Shown one piece after another: positions 60,015 to 64,000 of a stretch of 64,000 bases of DNA (the stretch's first letter is position 1; each line of letters starts with the position of its first letter). Origin of the DNA: Dipteris shenzhenensis (taxonomy: Eukaryota); the NCBI GenBank assembly GCA_047967505.1, contig CM106538.1; one strand, given 5' to 3'. Under the pieces are notes generated by a model. That model was not told the origin of the DNA, did not search any database, and saw only the letters and a program-made list of their open reading frames with translations. The position numbers and the translations under genes are program-made.

Positions 60015-60150
60015 TTGTTTTCCTACCCCTTCCATAAAAGAAGGGAGACACTTGTATTGTGATTTTCATGGGTCCCATGGGTCGGTTTCTCGGCCCCCAG
60101 AGGACGGTAATACATTCTTCTTCTTCTTCTTCTTCTCTCTTTCTCAAATT

Positions 60151-60162
60151 TGGTATCAGAGC
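60151..60162 (+). promoter_or_regulatory. Primer binding site, initiator tRNA-Met type
   Basis: TGGTATCAGAGC. Confidence 0.85.
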
Positions 60163-61230
60163 ATCTGCTTCTCTCCTCGGACTTCTACCATTGTCCGTGT
60201 GTGAGAGCGCTCTTAGATCCTGAGCTCCTGCTTTTTGGACTAGCTTACACATCTTCTACTTCAGCTCCCAAGCTCACGTAGCTCAACCTATGCACCAGCC
60301 TCTAGGTGTCGTACAACTTGCGCTCCTGGACCGTACAGCCTTCCGCTCATCGTCCATACAAATCAGCCGTACGAATCAGCACCGTATGCTCCGTTTCGAA
60401 TCAGCCACCGTACCTGGGTACTTGCTCGTCCGTACAGTTGTACTTGCATTAGCACCGTACGGTGATAGCACCTGCACGCAAGAAGCCGTACAACGCCCAT
60501 ATGCTGTACGGATTTCAAATATGCACTTTGCCGTACAACAGCGCAAGGCTTCCGTACAGTGTACGGCTTTCAAATCTGCACTTTGCCATACAATAGCGCA
60601 AGGCTTCCGTACGGTATCTATAACCTATACTGCTTGCTTCAACCTGCAAATTCGTTTTTCATTTGCAGTCAAGCTTTTTAGCAGAAATTTGGGACTTGTG
60701 TGCACTTTGGAACAGAGAATTGCTTTTTGGGTGAAATTTGGCTCAACTTCAGCTCAACATTTGGGGCTTTTGGCATTCGGATGCATTTTGGCAGTGTACA
60801 AGCAATTTGGGATTTTTGCGGTTTTTTTTTTGACTCAGTTTGAGTCACATCTGAGCACTTGGGAATTTTCATTTGGACACATTGGCAGTAGAATTTACTT
60901 CTTTTGCATATAAATTGCAAATTGGGGCTTTCAGACAATTTGCCCCTTTTTGAGTTGCAATTTCTTGCAAAAATTTGGGGCTTTTTGCTTTGCACAACAA
61001 TTTCTTGCATTTTTGGGCTTTCAGGCAATTTGCCGTCTTTTGGATGCAATTTCCCTGAAGAAATTAGGGCTTTTGGCATTTTGATGCAATTTGGCAGTGT
61101 ACAAGCATTTTGGGACTGTTGCAGGTAATTTTGAGTGACATTGGACAGAATAATTGAAGTGCATTCTGAGCCTTTGACAGGTTGTGATAGTATTTGTCAC
61201 TGTGGGCAGATTTTTCTTTGCAGAATTTGG
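60163..61230 (+). repeat. Repetitive 5' internal region of an LTR retrotransposon (CCGTAC-rich, then TTTTGG/TTGCA-rich)
   Basis: Follows the PBS; includes a 55-bp tandem unit at about 60506-60614; no gag seen before the next L1. Confidence 0.6.
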
Positions 61231-61234
61231 CAGA

Positions 61235-64000
61235 GCATCCCTTTGTTAGTGAATCCGGATATGCATGTTTTGCTCGATGCACCTTTCACCAACACAAAGT
61301 TCAGGATTGCACTTTCAGCCCTTCACAAGGGGAAGTGCCCAGGTTCGGATGGCCTCACCCCTTCTTTTTTCATTGCATTTTGGGATATGATTGATCTAGC
61401 CATTCTACTTTTGGATTTTGAGAAAGCTTATGACAGAGTAGATTGGGGTTTTTGGAGGGCATGCTTGGATTAGAGGTGTTTCCTCTTTGTACAGATCAGC
61501 CCACAGCCAGGTACTTATTGGTGGGGGTAAGGGGTGAGAGATTTCAGATTTCGAGATCACAGTCCGTCAGGGATGCCCCCTTGCTCCTTACCTTTTTTTG
61601 TTCGTGGCCGAAGCTATGAGTATCTATGTTAGATCTCAAGCTGACATCTTTGGGCTAAGACTTCCCATCAGAAGGGAAGAGGAGCTACTTGACAGTGAGT
61701 TGGCAAATGACACAGCAGTTTACTTGGATGCCGCTCCACAGACGCTCACTTCTTTCAGGACAGCATTGGATTTATTTTGCTTTGCGGCAGGGGCACAGAT
61801 AAATTGGCATAAATCCAATGGCTTTTGGATCAATGATGTGGACACTCCAGTTTGGGGGCTTGACATAGGATTCACTTGGGTTCAGAGGGGTGTGCTTGTC
61901 AAGTATTTGGGCTGCCAGGTCGGCTTGGATATTTCTTCCACGCAGCAGTTTGCTCCCGTGGTGGAGAGCATCAGGAGGAAACTCCTTTCTTGGAGCTCAG
62001 CCAAGCTGGATCTTGCCTCTAGAGTTGTGGTGGTCAACCAGGTCCTCTTGGCCACGGCCTGGTTTGTTTGTTCATGCTGGTGCCATTCTAGGGACTACTT
62101 CATTCAGCTCAGGGGACCGATCAGAAACTTTCTCTGGAGTGGGCTTGATGGCACAGAAGATGCCTTAGCCAGGGTGGCTTGGGAGACCCTCATCCTCCCT
62201 ACACAGGAAAGGGGTCTGAATATTATTGATCCAGATTTACAGTGCAGAGCTTTACTATGGAAGATGGTGGTGCGGGGACTTATGCCAGGGCAGGAATCAT
62301 GGAAGGACTTTCTTATTAGCAGCATACAGAGGTGCACACCTTCTTCAGGAGGAGACTGGATGAGCAGTATTAGGTGGATCTTCACCACAGCACACCTCAG
62401 ATCACCTTCGTCCCCTCTCATGGTTGCCATTCTGAAAGCTTGGGCCAGCTTCAGGAGCACTCTTCGGAGGATTCCTCCTTCCTCTCGTGAAGAGATTGAT
62501 AGACAACCCATCATGTGGAATGACAGTATTTTAGATGATCATGGCAGACCACTAGGTGCCTCACTCTACATGCAGTGGTCCAGGTGGGAGAGGGGACCTG
62601 CATCATCTATGGGGTCTTGGAAAGCTTTCCACAGGCTTCCAGAGGAAACCAAATCAAGGTTGACAGGACATCTCAGAGGGAGTGCAGGGAGGATCTTGCA
62701 GATTGAGGCAGCCCTTCCAGAGGTTTGGGTAGACACAGATGATATGCCACTCACTTGCTCCACTTGGGCAGGTACTTTTATGAGAGGCGGTGTCCGCTTC
62801 AGGTTTTGGCATTTCAAGATGCACAGGAGGATGCTTTAGTTTTTAGTGTGCAGGATGGGAGCAGATTGCTCAGGTCCACAGAGGACATCTTGCTTGAGTC
62901 TGCTTTTGGGCCTATCAAGGTTGTAGGTCTTTTGGTGCAGGGATCAGATTCAGAGTGGTTTCTAGACCTAGACCCCCGGCTACTCTCCACCGGGTCTTGG
63001 AGGCTTTGGCTCTATGGGGGAGTTCCCTTCAGGTATTTGCAGTGGGACCCCGGAGAGTGGGAGTGGATTGACGCAGGGCATCGAGAGAAGAGCATCCCCT
63101 TCTTTTGTTACACGGTCAGTAATGCCAGGAGATTTCAGCTCAGTAGTAGAGGTTGGAGACCTTCCAGAGTTCCTCATTGGGAGACATTTGATATTACTGC
63201 GGATCTGCAGAGGTGCTTCTAGAGGAGACTCTGGAAATCTCACAAGAATAGAAAGATCACTATCTTCTTTTGGCTCTCTATCCATGGTGGGATTGCAGTG
63301 AACCTTTGGAGATCTAGGTTTGGAGCCGACCCTACTTGCCCTCGTTGCCTCTCTGCTTCGGAGACTATTCAGCATTGCTTATGGGATTGCAAATAGGCGA
63401 GGATGATTTGGATGGGGGTAGCCAGGATTTTCGGTCACTTTGCCCACTCCCCATTCTTTATGACATGGGGCTCAGTGGCTTGGCTTTCTCTTAGAGGGCC
63501 TCAGGTATTCTATGAGAGATTTGACTCCTCTCGGGCCATTTCGGTTCGACGTCATCAGATTGAGTCTTGTTCGTTGGATGTGGTACCACACCTTCCTTTT
63601 ACAGCTGTGCATGCCTCTGTGGATACTTCTTGGGAGATTCTAGCGAGCATAGCATCCTGGCATATCTGGAGAGCCAGATGCACAGAGGCTTTGGAGGGTA
63701 CTCAGGTTCATCCCTCGCACACATTGGCTAGTATCTGGACAGATATCTGGACAGACACTGTACATACTTTGATGGCCGTATGGAGGAGTATGAAGGGAGA
63801 CTCCCATGCAGCCTCAGCTAGGAGGGCTTCTTTCTTCAGGGAATGGAAGGATTCTCCTTTCTTCTCTGAGACTACTACAGGGTTGAGGTGGCACTTTCAG
63901 CCTCAGCCTTGGTTGTTTTCCACCTCACTCTGAGGGGGTTTTATTTATCCTCATGATTTTATGATGTATTCCGCTCTCGCGCGTTTTTTCTCTTACTTAA
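61235..64000 (+). mobile_element. L1 family A copy A4, 5'-truncated and decayed, 3' UTR runs off the window
   Basis: DAPFTN.KF..ALSALHKGKCPG, internal deletion at about 61395 (FWDMID|LAILLLDFEKAY), ORFs 61598, 62755, 63403 ending WHFQPQPWLF. Confidence 0.9.

Larger units (their letters stand above)
55904..60135 (+). mobile_element. Near-intact two-ORF RTEX-like LINE (copy 3) with (TTC)n tail
   Basis: ORF1 plus EN/RT ORF2, 100-nt 3' UTR, (TTC)7 tail 60115-60135; possible short TSD CTCTCT (55898-55903 / 60135-60140, low complexity). Confidence 0.9.
55732..60148 (+). repeat. Short putative 5' LTR (55732 to about 55903, plus about 60136-60148) split by the RTEX-like LINE
   Basis: Starts TGTTAGAA, ends TTCTCAAA (6/8 match to the expected inverted end TTCTAACA), followed by TT and a PBS. 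Partner LTR not in window. Confidence 0.6.

Noticed and set aside
60020-60112. RTEX 3' UTR as a hammerhead or HDV-like ribozyme
   Set aside because: No CUGAUGA/GAAA core and no convincing nested double pseudoknot could be drawn by eye.

Overview
Eukaryotic, almost certainly land-plant, repeat-saturated DNA: DUF4283-type L1s, a chromovirus, Copia pieces, RTEX-like LINEs and CHG-type C>T decay. A fern or other seed-free plant is a guess. No host gene is confidently visible. The window is a stack of nested retroelements: (1) a 5'-inverted L1 (<1-11953) carrying a decayed Ty3/gypsy chromovirus (1839-8320); (2) a gag-only Copia relic, a truncated L1 and a decayed RTEX-like LINE (17-24.4 kb); (3) a nest at 25.1-44.5 kb where an RTEX relic hosts an L1 that hosts three further insertions, with two short TSD-flanked non-autonomous L1 derivatives in the nest; (4) one intact full-length L1 with a perfect 15-bp TSD (44698-52033); (5) a near-intact two-ORF RTEX-like LINE (about 55904-60135) inside a short LTR; (6) a last decayed L1. 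The most striking unexplained signal is in the RTEX-like LINE: its ORF1-stop/ORF2-start junction (56656-56695) is extensively complementary to its own 3' UTR about 3.4 kb downstream (60063-60108). This suggests a long-range RNA switch controlling ORF2 expression. Boundaries without a TSD are approximate, family labels A-D are my own, and all alignments were done by eye.
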